A stretch of DNA of 64,000 nt from the NCBI RefSeq assembly GCF_019203965.1, contig NZ_CP076448.1, forward strand, positions 3,277,282 through 3,341,281, given 5' to 3'. Source of the DNA: Elioraea tepida. Its GTDB lineage: Bacteria > Pseudomonadota > Alphaproteobacteria > Acetobacterales > Acetobacteraceae. Positions 50,930-61,289 of this stretch are shown here, piece by piece (the first letter of the stretch is position 1; each line of letters begins with the position of its first letter). The notes beneath the pieces are model-generated. The model ran no database searches, was not told the origin of the DNA, and saw only the letters and a list, made by a program, of their open reading frames with translations. Both the position numbers and the translations under genes were made by a program.

Positions 50930-51801
50930 CCCTCTCGATCGCCATCGGCATCGCCACGCGTGGCCGGCCCGCTATCCTCGCCGAGACGATCGCCGAGCTC
51001 TCACGCCAGACTCGCGCGCCCGAGGCGATCCTCGTCTGCCATGTGGATGAGGAGGATGTCGGCGATCTGCCGGCGCGCCGGCCCGACATTCGTTTCCTCA
51101 AGGCAGAGGCCGGGCTGCCGAAACAGCGCAACGCCATCCTCGAGGCAGCGCGCGAGGATGTGGTGCTGTTCCTCGACGACGACTTCCTCGCCGCCCCGTC
51201 CTACCTCGAGGTGTTGGGGCGCGTGCTCGAGGCGCGACCGGACTGCGTCGTCGCGACCGGGACGGTGATCGCCGACGGCGCCAAGGGGCCCGGGATCTCG
51301 GTCGAGGAGGGGCGGGCGATCCTCGCCGCCGACATCCCGCCACCCGATCTGCTCGCCGCCGCGCCGCACTTCAACGGCTATGGTTGCAACATGGCGTTCC
51401 GGATGGCGCCGGTGCGCGCGCACCGGATCCGCGTCGACGAAGCGCTGCCGCTCTATGCGTGGTACGAGGACATCGATGTGACGCGACGTCTTGCTGCCTA
51501 TGGAACGATCCTGCGGCTTGCCGGCGCCCGCGGTGTGCATCTCGGCGCGAAGGCGGCGCGCACGCCTGGGCTTCGCCTCGGCTACAGCCAGGTCGCGAAC
51601 CCGATCTATCTCGCGCGGAAGGGGAGCTTTCCCTGGAGCCATGCGATCCCCTCGGCCGCACGCCACTGCGCGATCAACCTCGTGCGCTCGATCGCGCCCG
51701 AGCCTCATGTCGACCGCTGGGGGCGGTTCCGCGGCAACATGCTCGCGCTGTGGGACCTCCTGCGCGGCCGGGCGCACCCGGGCCGTATCCTCTCGCTCTG
51801 A
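50926..51801 (+). CDS. Glycosyltransferase family 2
   Basis: SIAIGIATRGRP... plus FLDDDF motif. ATGA overlap with the previous GT2. Confidence 0.75.
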   Translation: MTLSIAIGIATRGRPAILAETIAELSRQTRAPEAILVCHVDEEDVGDLPARRPDIRFLKAEAGLPKQRNAILEAAREDVVLFLDDDFLAAPSYLEVLGRVLEARPDCVVATGTVIADGAKGPGISVEEGRAILAADIPPPDLLAAAPHFNGYGCNMAFRMAPVRAHRIRVDEALPLYAWYEDIDVTRRLAAYGTILRLAGARGVHLGAKAARTPGLRLGYSQVANPIYLARKGSFPWSHAIPSAARHCAINLVRSIAPEPHVDRWGRFRGNMLALWDLLRGRAHPGRILSL

Positions 51802-51806
51802 TCGCC

Positions 51807-52604
51807 TCAGGGAGCGGGGAAGGGCGCGTCTGTCCGCCCCATCATCCAGTAGGCGACGAGCCCGATCCACTCGCGCAACGCTCCCTCGACCTGGGCGAGG
51901 CGCTCGGGGAAGGGAGCGTCGTAGAGGGCTGCGAAGCTGCGTCCCGTCCTGTAGTTGACGGGCCAGGGGACGACGGGCCACCCGGCGGCGCGGAACACGC
52001 CGACGGCGCGCGGCATCTTGCTTGCCGAGGTGACAAGCAGCCACGTCTCGCCCGGTTTCGGATTGATGAGCTCCTTGGTCAGCACAGCGTTCTGGTGCGT
52101 GTTTCGGCTCTTGTCCTCGTAAGTCACGCGCGCCTGATCGAGGCCCATCGCGGTCCAGAGCGCGCGAGCGACATCCGCCTCGGTCAGCCCCCCATGCACG
52201 AGCGATCCCTGGCCGCCGGTGAAGACGATCCGCGCCTGCGGGTAGCGCCGGGCGAGGGCGATCGCCTCCGTCATCCGCTCGGCCGCGCCGTTGAGAGCGG
52301 GGATCCCGCGCGCCTCGGTCAGGTTCTGATCCACCGCGCCGCCGAGCACGATCACGCCATCGACGTGCGTGGGTGGCTCGACGGGGCGGGAAAACCGTTC
52401 CTCAAGCGGGATGAGCAGGAGCGGGGCCACGGGGGTTGCGAGCACCACCACGAAGAAGCCGAGGCCGAAGGCGAGCGGCCAGCGGCCCCAGCGCCGCCCG
52501 CGCCACCACGCGACGAGGCCGACAAGGCACAGCAGAAGCGCGAAGGTGCCGGGGCGCAGCACGAACCAGAGCAGCTTCGAGAGCACATAGCTCAGCGTCG
52601 TCAT
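51807..52604 (-). CDS. DUF218 (YdcF/ElyC-like) domain protein
   Basis: Minus-strand ORF starting at ATG 52604: MTTLSYVLSKLLWFVLRPG..., N-terminal TM, then a VLGG...TGG DUF218 core. ATGA overlap with the upstream GT-C gene. Confidence 0.7.
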   Translation of the reverse strand: MTTLSYVLSKLLWFVLRPGTFALLLCLVGLVAWWRGRRWGRWPLAFGLGFFVVVLATPVAPLLLIPLEERFSRPVEPPTHVDGVIVLGGAVDQNLTEARGIPALNGAAERMTEAIALARRYPQARIVFTGGQGSLVHGGLTEADVARALWTAMGLDQARVTYEDKSRNTHQNAVLTKELINPKPGETWLLVTSASKMPRAVGVFRAAGWPVVPWPVNYRTGRSFAALYDAPFPERLAQVEGALREWIGLVAYWMMGRTDAPFPAP

Positions 52605-54112
52605 CGCGGATCCCTGAGACGGTAGATCTCGACCGGCCCGTTCGCCTCGAGAACACGTGCGGCAAACTCGTAGTGGCGCCCGAGCGTCGCCTCGATCGCG
52701 GCCCGGGCAGGCGGGCGCATGGCCGTCCACCAGCCGCGATCGACCACGATCGCCGCAGGGCGCGCGGCAAGCACGCGGTCGAGCTCCGCATCGGCGTCGA
52801 TGCCGGTCACCCCGCTGTACCAACCGGCGAGGTGTTGGGGAAAGGCGAAGCGGGTCGGCACCGCCATGCCCGAAAGCACATAGACCACCGGATGGTAGTT
52901 GGCGATGTAGACGGTGGAGCCTTCCGGGACAATCTCGCGCAGTGACTGCGCGACCAGCCGGATAGGGTCGGCGCGCCGGAAGCCTGGGCCGGTCTCGATC
53001 CGGCGCGCGGCATCGCCGGTCCAGGTGTCGGCGGCGATGAAGCCGAGCGCGGCGGCAAGCAGGAGGCCCGGACGCGCCGGCAGGATTCGCCGCGCCAGAG
53101 CCCATGCGCCGGCGGCGGCAAGCAGCGACAGCGGCGGCTGCCAGATCAGGAAGTAGTGATTGAAGAACTGCCCGGGAGCGGCGATGGCGAGCGTGGTGGC
53201 CACGAGCCAGCCGAGGCCGAACCCCGCGACGCGCCGCACCTCGCCGCCGGGCAGCGCCGTGGCGGCGGCGAGCACGATCGGCCAGATGAGGAACAGGGTA
53301 ACAGCCACCAGCATCCAGGCGCCGTCACGGAACGTGATCGCGGCGCCGAGATAGCGGAAGGGGGCGACGAACCAGACATCGAGGAAGATGTCGAAGGCGC
53401 CCTGCGCCGCGTAGGCCAACCCCACGAGCAGGGTCGGCGCGCCGCAGGCGGCGGTATAGAGCGCCGCGTGTCGGAGCAGGGCAGGCGGGGCGAGCAGTCG
53501 TTTCGTCAGAGCAGGTCCGACCATCACCGCGAACGCGAAGCAGCCCTCGAAGAACGCAACCGACTTGATCACGAGGGCGATGCCGACGAGCAGGCCCGCA
53601 AGCGCGATCCGCACGGGCCTTGGGGGCTGCAGATCGTCGAGCGTACGCACCCCCTCGCGGGCCGCGAGCGCAAGCGCGGCGACGACGAAGGGCGAGAACA
53701 GCACCTCCGTGTTGGTGGCGAGGCCGCCGAAATTCGTTGTCAGAGCGATCGAGAGCAGGCCAGCGGCATAGGCCGGCACGGCGGGCAGCCCGAGCACGCG
53801 AGCAAGCGCGAAGAGCGCGGTTCCGGCCACTGCCACGGCAACTGCGCCGAGCAGCCGCACGGCGAAGATCACGGGAAGGGGCAGCATCAGCGCGAGCGCG
53901 ACGAGCGCCGGCGCGCCGATCGGGTGCATGTCCCATACACCGATCAGCGGCCAGGTGCCGGCAAGCCAGTCCCGCGCCTGGAGGATGTAGAGCCCCTCGT
54001 CGGTGTCGATCACCGCCGGAACGAAGGAGAGCGAGCGCAGAGCAAGCGAGGCGGCGAGCATTGAGAGAGCGAGGCCGACTGGGCTCGTGAGAGCGGGAAC
54101 GAGCGGGCTCAC
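52601..54112 (-). CDS. GT-C fold glycosyltransferase (ArnT/PMT_2-like)
   Basis: Polytopic N-terminal region with a DTDEGLYI-type motif (VIDTDEGLYILQARDWLAG) and a soluble C-terminal domain. Proposed GTG start at 54112, overlapping the stop of the upstream gene (GTGA). ATG MLAAS is the alternative. Confidence 0.6.
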   Translation of the reverse strand: MSPLVPALTSPVGLALSMLAASLALRSLSFVPAVIDTDEGLYILQARDWLAGTWPLIGVWDMHPIGAPALVALALMLPLPVIFAVRLLGAVAVAVAGTALFALARVLGLPAVPAYAAGLLSIALTTNFGGLATNTEVLFSPFVVAALALAAREGVRTLDDLQPPRPVRIALAGLLVGIALVIKSVAFFEGCFAFAVMVGPALTKRLLAPPALLRHAALYTAACGAPTLLVGLAYAAQGAFDIFLDVWFVAPFRYLGAAITFRDGAWMLVAVTLFLIWPIVLAAATALPGGEVRRVAGFGLGWLVATTLAIAAPGQFFNHYFLIWQPPLSLLAAAGAWALARRILPARPGLLLAAALGFIAADTWTGDAARRIETGPGFRRADPIRLVAQSLREIVPEGSTVYIANYHPVVYVLSGMAVPTRFAFPQHLAGWYSGVTGIDADAELDRVLAARPAAIVVDRGWWTAMRPPARAAIEATLGRHYEFAARVLEANGPVEIYRLRDPR

Positions 54113-55845
54113 CGAACGCCCTCGGTGATGGTTCCCTCCGGCAGGTCCTCGAAGGGCGGGGCGAGCCGGCGCAGATGGGAGGGGATCGGGCGGTCGCCCC
54201 AGCCCGGGAGAAGAACGACGAGCCCGTCGATGAGCAGCATCGGGTCGCGCTCCCGGTCGCGTCCGAAATCGGCGCGCTTGAGCGTGTCGCGGTCGCGCAG
54301 GACATAGACCGTGCCGGGCTCGTGACGGCCGGAGAAGAGCTGCGCGGCGATCTTCTCTCGGAGCGCGGCGATCGCGCCCGGGTCGATCCGCGCCAGATAG
54401 ACGGCATCGGTCGTCATGCCGTGACGTATGGCGAAGCGCGCGGTGGATTCCCAGTGAAGCCCGCGGTCGGCCGCCGGCACCGCACGGATCCGCGTGTAGG
54501 CCTTGCCGATCTCGTCCCAGAACGGATCGGGCAGGCGCTCGGGCTGGATCCGCGGCTCCTTGATCACGAGCGATTCGTAGTGGCGGATCGAGGGCAAAAG
54601 ATCGACGAGCTGAACGGCGGCGAGTGCGGCAAAGAGAAGGGCGGCGAGCCGGGCACGGTTCGGCCCGAGCGCGCGCAGCGTCACGATCGCCGCCGAAGCG
54701 AGCAGGGCATAGGCGAGCGGCCAGGCGAAGCGGGTCGAGGCGCGCAGGATTCCGGCAAGCCTCAGCATCCAGGGCGGCGGCTCGAACAGGGTGATCCGCA
54801 CGCCGGCGATGGAGGGCATGTGCGTCATCGCGAACAGGATCAAGGCGATCAGAACGACCACAAGCGGCCAGCTGCGCATGAGCGCGGCACGGATCCCGAG
54901 GTCGCGCCGGAGACACACGGTCACGAGCCCGGCGGCGAGCAGCAGGATCCCCCCGAGGCCAAGATAGTCGCTGCCCGACTCGCCGTGGCGCAGGTCCGGG
55001 ATCGGCGGCAGGATCGATCCCCACAGGGTGCTGTCGAACCAGGCGAGCACGTTGAACCCGAGATCTCCGTAGCCCCAGGCCTCGAGACCGGCGCGCAGAA
55101 CGAAGAACCCGGCGGCCCAGAGCCCGGCCGCGCCGAGCGCGGGCACGAGCACGGCCTCGGCAGCACGCCCCAGGGCGGGGGCGGCGATGGTCCGACGCAG
55201 CCAGTCAGCTCCCCACAAGGCGCCGACCATGACGAGCAGGTAGGAATGCACGAGGCTCGTGGCGGAGACGAGCAAGGCCCAGGCCAGAGGGCGCCGCGCG
55301 CCGCGCCCCTCCGTGAAGCAGAGCAGGAGGGCTGCGAGTACCGTCCACTGCCCCGCGAGCGCGAGGTGGCCCGCCATGCGCATCAGCATCATCGGCTGCA
55401 GGGCGAACAGCGCCGAGGCACCGAGCAGCGCGAGCGTTCCGGCCGGGGTGATGCCGATGCCGGACAGCGCGGCGAGTCTGAGCCCGAGCACCGCCTGCGC
55501 CATGCCGCAGAAGAGGAGCCACATGCCCCAATACTGTTCGACTGTGACGAGGCTCCGGATCGCCTTCAGCGGGAGCGCGATGAGCGGGATGGTGTCGGCG
55601 TAGAAGATCGAACTCGACAGCTCGAGACCGTAGTTGGGGTTCAGCCCGGGCGGGATGTGCCAGGCGTCACGGCGGAACCAGCTCCAGCCGAGCCAGTACT
55701 GCACCGGGTCGGGCCCCATGGGGCCTGCGAGCATCCATCCCGTGGCGGTCGGCGACAGGACTCCCTCCCAGAACTCCCACGGTGTGGGGCCGAACGACAG
55801 CACCACCACCGCCGCACCGATAGCGGCCGCGGCGAGATGAGCCAT
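54109..55845 (-). CDS. Large polytopic membrane protein, paralog of 43714-45336
   Basis: Start proposed at MAHLAAAAIGAAVVVLSF. Shares the W-H-x-PP / ADxIPLxALxLK N-terminal block with the paralog. The track ORF extends to 56037. Confidence 0.55.
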   Translation of the reverse strand: MAHLAAAAIGAAVVVLSFGPTPWEFWEGVLSPTATGWMLAGPMGPDPVQYWLGWSWFRRDAWHIPPGLNPNYGLELSSSIFYADTIPLIALPLKAIRSLVTVEQYWGMWLLFCGMAQAVLGLRLAALSGIGITPAGTLALLGASALFALQPMMLMRMAGHLALAGQWTVLAALLLCFTEGRGARRPLAWALLVSATSLVHSYLLVMVGALWGADWLRRTIAAPALGRAAEAVLVPALGAAGLWAAGFFVLRAGLEAWGYGDLGFNVLAWFDSTLWGSILPPIPDLRHGESGSDYLGLGGILLLAAGLVTVCLRRDLGIRAALMRSWPLVVVLIALILFAMTHMPSIAGVRITLFEPPPWMLRLAGILRASTRFAWPLAYALLASAAIVTLRALGPNRARLAALLFAALAAVQLVDLLPSIRHYESLVIKEPRIQPERLPDPFWDEIGKAYTRIRAVPAADRGLHWESTARFAIRHGMTTDAVYLARIDPGAIAALREKIAAQLFSGRHEPGTVYVLRDRDTLKRADFGRDRERDPMLLIDGLVVLLPGWGDRPIPSHLRRLAPPFEDLPEGTITEGVR

Positions 55846-56002
55846 CAGGCCGGGGATCTGGGGGGAGCGGTCGGTGGTCACGCTGCGCGGTCGGCGGTGA
55901 GGCGAGCGGGTCGGCCAGGAGCGGGCGGGACCATGGCGGGCGATTGCGGCGCGGATCGGGCGGGACTGGGGTCCGAGACCGAGCTGTAGGGAGGGGCGGG
56001 TC

Positions 56003-57249
56003 ATGGCGCGCCGCGCCGCGTGGCGTTCGGGCGGCATCGAGTCGCGCTACGCTTGGGTCAGGCTCGCTGCCGCGCTCACGCTCTCCACGGTCGGCAGCGT
56101 CGGGATGTGGTCGGTCGTGGTGATCCTGCCGGCGGTGCAGGCGGAGTTCGGCACCGACCGCGCGAGCGCCTCGCTGCCCTAGACGCTCGTGATGCTCGGC
56201 TTCGTCGGCGGCAGCGTGATGATGGGCCGGCTTGCCGACCGCTTCGGCGTCATCGTGCCGGTGGTGACCGGCAGCCTTTCGCTCGGCGTCGGCTATACAG
56301 CGACGGCCGCCGCGCCGACCATGTGGGTGTTCGCACTCGCAAGCGGCGTGTTCATCGGCCTCTTCGGTGCCTCGGCTGTTTTCTCGCCGCTGGTGGCCGA
56401 CATCTCCCGCTGGTTCGACCGCAATCGCGGCATCGCGGTCGCGCTCTGCGCAAGCGGCAACTATCTCGCCGGAGCGGTCTGGCCGCCGGTCCTGCAGGCG
56501 CTGGTCGCGGGCGCAGGGTGGCGGACGGCGCAGCTCGTTGTCGGCGGGGTGTGCGTGGTTGCGATGCTTCCGCTTGCGCTCGTGCTGCGTCAGCCGGTGC
56601 CGGCTGAGGTTCCCCGCAAGGCCTCGGCTGCGGCGTCGCGCGAGCGGGCCGAGACGCGCCCGCTCGGCCTTGCGCCGAACACGCTCCAGGGGCTGCTCGT
56701 CGTTGCCGCGCTCGGATGTTGCGTTGCGATGTCGATGCCGCAGGTCCACATCGTCGCCTACTGCGTCGATCTCGGCTACGGGCCCGCGCGAGGAGCGGAG
56801 ATGCTCGCGCTGATGCTCGGCTTCGGCATTGTCAGCCGGCTCGCAAGCGGCGTCATCATGGACAGGATCGGCGGCCTCGCGACGCTGCTTTTCGGCTCGC
56901 TGCTTCAGGCGGTCGCGCTCGCGCTCTTCCTGCCGTTCGACGGGCTCACCGCCCTCTACATCGTGTCGGCGATCTTCGGCCTGTTCCAGGATGGACTCGT
57001 TCCGGCTTACGCCTTCATCGTGCGGGAATACTTCCCGGCCAGCGAGGCCGGAGACGGGTCGGGATCGCGATCTCGGCCACACTCGCCGGCATGGCGCTCG
57101 GGGGCTGGCTGTCGGGTGCGATCTTCGACCTCGCGGGCTCGTATCAAGCGGCCGTGCTCAACGGCCTTGCCTGGAATGCGATGAACGTGGCGATCGTCGC
57201 GTGGCTGCTCCGCCGGTCACTCGCCGAGCCACGGCTTGCGTCCGCCTGA
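56003..57249 (+). pseudogene. MFS transporter (oxalate/formate antiporter-like) with in-frame TAG at 56178-56180 and a frameshift near 57040-57050
   Basis: MARRAAWRSGGIESRYAWVRLAAALTLSTVGSVGMWSVVVILPAVQAEFGTDRASASLP[TAG]TLVMLGFVGG... The stop is at the conserved Tyr of the LPYTL motif. The C-terminus (RVGIAISATLAGMALGGWLSGAIFD...) is in another frame. Confidence 0.65.
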
Positions 57250-57652
57250 GCGACGCTGCGGCCGCATCGCTTTCGGCCTGTGCACCGAAGCCGGCGCGCT
57301 CGGGTCCGCTGGTGCGACGAACTCCGTTCGCGCCGTCGCGTCGACGGCGCCTGGCGTCGGCGGGGACGGGAGCGGAGGTGCGGCCGACCGGGGTTTCGCA
57401 ATGACAGAAGGACGATCCCGTCCGCGAGCGGTTCCGGCCCGAGCGGGCAACGCGAGGCGACAGGGCTTCGCGCTGGGCCGCGCGCAGCATTCGGCGCGGG
57501 CAAGCTGTGCCGCACGGGTTGGCTCATGTGAAGGCCTCGGGCGGTCGCGCAGCCAACGACATCGCGGCCAGCCGTGCTTGCGGTTGCCTTGCTCGCGTCG
57601 CTACACTTCGTGCCAATAACGACGGAGAGGCTTGGGAGACGTCCTCGTGGGC

Positions 57653-58456
57653 ATGGCGCCAATCCTGGAGGCAACGCGCGTCTCGCTGCGCTTCGGCGGC
57701 GTTCGTGCGCTCACGGATGTCTCCTTCGCCGTCCGACCGGGCGAATTGTTTTCGATCATCGGCCCGAACGGAGCGGGCAAGACCTCGATGGTCAATTGCA
57801 TCTCGGGCCGCTACCGCCCGACGGAAGGCGCGATCCGCTTCGAAGGGCGAGACATCACGGGCCTAAGCCCGAACGCCCGCGCTGCCCTCGGCATCGGCCG
57901 CACCTTCTAGAACGTCGCGCTGTTCGGGCACATGAGCGTGCTCGACAACATCCTTGTCGGCCGCCATCACCTGCTTCGCCACGGCTTCCTGACGGGGATG
58001 CTCTATTGGGTCGGGGGCGCGCAGCGTGGGGAACTGCGCCACCGGCGCGAGGTCGAAGAGATCATCGACTTCCTCGAAATCCAGCACGTTCGAAAGGCAC
58101 AGGCGGGAACGCTGAGCTACGGGCTGCGCAAGCGCGTCGAGCTCGCGCGCGCGATCGCGCTGAAGCCGAAACTGATCCTGCTCGACGAGCCGATGGCAGG
58201 CATGAATCTCGAGGAGAAGGAGGACATGGCCCGCTTCATCGTCGACCTCAACGAGGAATGGGGGATGACGGTGATCATGATCGAACACGACATGGGGGTG
58301 GTAATGGACATCTCCCACCGCGTCATGGTGCTCGACTTCGGCAAGAAGATCGCGGAAGGGCGCCCCGAGGAGGTTCTCGCAAACGAGCATGTGAAGCGCG
58401 CCTATCTCGGCGAGGTGGACGAGCTCCTGGTCGACGAGGCCGACCCTGTGACATGA
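57653..58456 (+). pseudogene. livG: ABC transporter ATP-binding protein (LivG-like) with in-frame TAG at 57907-57909
   Basis: GPNGAGKTS...LGIGRTF[TAG]NVALFGHMSVLDNI... (Gln-expected position, CAG to TAG). Signature LSYGLRKRVELARAI and Walker B LILLDEPMAGMN. A TTG at 57632 is an alternative start. Confidence 0.65.
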
Positions 58457-60398
58457 CGCGCCCCGCGCCGCGCCTGCCCGATACCCCCCTGTACGATACG
58501 CTTCCAAAACTGCTTGCGCTGCAGGCGCGGGAACATGGCTCCGAGACGGCGCTGCGGGAGAAGGACTTCGGCATCTGGCGCACCATCACCTGGGCGGAAT
58601 ACAACGCGCGCACGCGCGCCTTGGCGCTCGGGCTCCGCGCGCTCGGGATCGGGCGAGGCGAGACGGTTGGGCTGATCGGCGACAATCGTCCCGAGTGGGT
58701 GATGGGCGACATCGCCGCACACGCGATCGGGGCGATGTCGCTTGGGATCTACCGCGATGCGCTCGACGACGAAGTTGCCTATCTGCTCGCCCATGCCGGC
58801 GCCTCGGTGGTGCTTGCCGAGGACGAGGAGCAAGTGGACAAGCTGCTTGCCATCGGTGATCGCGTTCCGGGGCTTCGGCACATCGTGTTCGCCGATTCCC
58901 GCGGCATGCGCAAGCATCGCGATCCGCGTCTGATGCCGCTGTCCGATCTTGTCGCGCGCGGCGAGGCCGCGCACGCCGCCGAACCGGGGGTGTATGACGA
59001 TCTCGTCGCGGCAACGACGGGCGAGGCGGTGGCGATCCTTTGCACCACCTCCGGCACCACCGCCCGCCCTAAGCTTGCGATGCTCACCGCGGGCGCTTTG
59101 ATCCGCCATTGTGCGACCTATCTCCGCGCCGATCCCAAGGGCCCCGAGGACGAGTATGTTTCGGTCCTGCCGCTGCCGTGGATCATGGAGCAGGTCTACG
59201 CGCTCGGTTTCGCCCTTTTGACGCGCATGAAGGTGAACTTCGTCGAGGAGCCGGAGACGATGCTCGCCGACTTTCGCGAGATCGGGCCCACCTTCGTTCT
59301 GTTTGCCCCTCGCGTCTGGGAGCAGATCGCGGCCGATGTCCGCGCGCGCGTCATGGATGCCTCCCCGTTCAAGCGGCGGATGTTCGCTCTCGGGATGAGG
59401 CTCGGCTTGCGCGCACTCGACGCGGGGAAGAGGTCATGGCTCGCGGACATGCTCCTGTTCCGGGCGTTGCGCGACCGGCTGGGGTCTCCCGCATCACATC
59501 GGCCGCGACGGGAGGCGCGGCGCTCGGGCCGGACACGTTCCGCTTCTTCCTCGCGCTTGGGGTTCCCCTGCGGCAGCTCTACGGGCAGACCGAGCTCCTC
59601 GGCGCCTATACGCTGCACCGCGAGGGAGAGGTGGACTTCAACACCGTGGGCGTACCCTTCGATGCGACGATCGAGGTGCGCATCGACAAGCCCGATGCCA
59701 ACGGGGTCGGAGAGATCGTCACGCGCCATCCGAACTGCTTCGCGGGCTATTGGCGCTCCGACAACCCCTCGGGCGAGCTGCAGGACGGCTGGCTGCACAC
59801 CGGCGATGCCGGCTATTTCGACCAGAAGGGGCATCTTGTGGTGATCGACCGGATCAAGGACATCGCCGCGACCGCGCGCGGGGACCGGTTCAGCCCGCAA
59901 TTCATCGAAAACAAGCTGAAGTTCAGCCCCTACATCGCCGAGGCGGTGATCCTCGGCGACAGGCGTGACTTCCTCGCGGCGATCATCTGCATCCGGTATG
60001 CTGTCGTCTCGAAGTGGGCGGAGCGTCAGCGCATCGCCTTCACCACCTACAGCGATCTCTCGGCGAAGCACGAGGTCGCAGCGCTCCTGCGCACCGAGGT
60101 CGAGCGCGTGAACGCCTCGCTCCCTGAGGGGCAGAGGATCCGGAAGTTCCTGCTGCTCTACAAGGAGCTCGACGCCGACGACGACGAGCTCACACGCACG
60201 CGCAAAGTGCGTCGCGGCGTTATCGCGCAGAAATATCGCGACATCATCGACGCGATCTACGCCGACAGAACCGCCATTCCGGTCGACACGGTCATCAGGT
60301 TCCAGGACGGCAATACGCAGTGCATCCGCACCACGCTCGCGGTCATCGACCTCCTGCCCGGCGCGGCCGCTGCCGCTCTTGCGGAGGCGGCGGCATGA
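58453..60398 (+). pseudogene. AMP-dependent synthetase/ligase (long-chain acyl-CoA ligase-like) with a 1-nt deletion near 59478-59482
   Basis: N-part (ILCTTSGTTARPK AMP-binding motif) is in one frame. C-part (FSRITSAATGGAALGPDTFRFF...GWLHTGDAGYFDQKGHLVVIDRIKD) is in another. ggggtctcc versus expected ggggttctcc. ATGA overlaps at both ends. Confidence 0.7.
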
Positions 60399-61288
60399 AC
60401 TGGGAGCTTCTGTTCCAACTCACTCTCAACGGCGTGATCGTCGGCGCCCTCTATGGCGTCGTTGGGATGAGCTTCGTCCTCATCTACAATGCGAGCCAGG
60501 TCGTGAATTTCGCCCAAGGAGAGTTCCTGCTGATCGGCGCCTGGGCCTGCTGGTGGCTGCTCACCACCTTCCAGATCCCGTTCGTGTTGGGCTTCCTCGT
60601 CACGCTCGTCTTCATGACGGTGTTCGGCATCCTGCTTCAGGTGGTGGTGCTTCGGCCGCTGATCGGCGAGCCGGTGATCAGCGTCATCATGGTCACGATC
60701 GGCCTGTCGATCTTCTTCCAGGCGTTGATGAAGTGGATGTTCGGCGTGTTTGCCCAGCCCTTTCCACGCATCTTCGCGGCCGACCGGGTCAACATCGCCG
60801 GCCTCGAGGTGCAGACGGTCTATCTGCTATCGCTCGCGATCTCGGTCGTCATCATGGCCGCCTTCGCCTGGTTCTTCACGGTCTCCAAGCACGGGCTCGC
60901 GATGCGCGCCACCGCCTTCGACCAGCAGGTGGCGCAGTCGCTCGGGATTTCGGTGCGGCAGGTGTTTGCGATGTCGTGGGCAATCTCGGCGGTGGTCTCG
61001 GCGGTCGCGGGCGTCGTCGTCGGGGTGGTGAACGGCGTCTCCTCTGCGCTCTCGTTCTACGGCATCAAGGTGTTTCCGGCCGTGATCCTCGGCGGGCTCG
61101 ACAGCGTGGTCGGCGCCGTTCTTGGAGGCCTGATCATCGGCTTGCTCGAGAATCTCGCCCACTCCCTCGACAGCGAGGTGCTGCAGTGGGGCAACATGTT
61201 CCAGATCGCGCCATTCTACGTGCTGATCGTCATCCTGATGATCAAGCCGTACGGCCTGTTCGGCACGAAGACCATCGAGCGGGTGTAG
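60395..61288 (+). CDS. livH: Branched-chain amino acid-type ABC permease (LivH-like)
   Basis: MNWELLFQLTLNGVIVGALYGVVGMSFVLIYNASQVVNFAQGE..., the typical LivH N-terminus. Confidence 0.8.
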   Translation: MNWELLFQLTLNGVIVGALYGVVGMSFVLIYNASQVVNFAQGEFLLIGAWACWWLLTTFQIPFVLGFLVTLVFMTVFGILLQVVVLRPLIGEPVISVIMVTIGLSIFFQALMKWMFGVFAQPFPRIFAADRVNIAGLEVQTVYLLSLAISVVIMAAFAWFFTVSKHGLAMRATAFDQQVAQSLGISVRQVFAMSWAISAVVSAVAGVVVGVVNGVSSALSFYGIKVFPAVILGGLDSVVGAVLGGLIIGLLENLAHSLDSEVLQWGNMFQIAPFYVLIVILMIKPYGLFGTKTIERV

Positions 61289-61289
61289 C

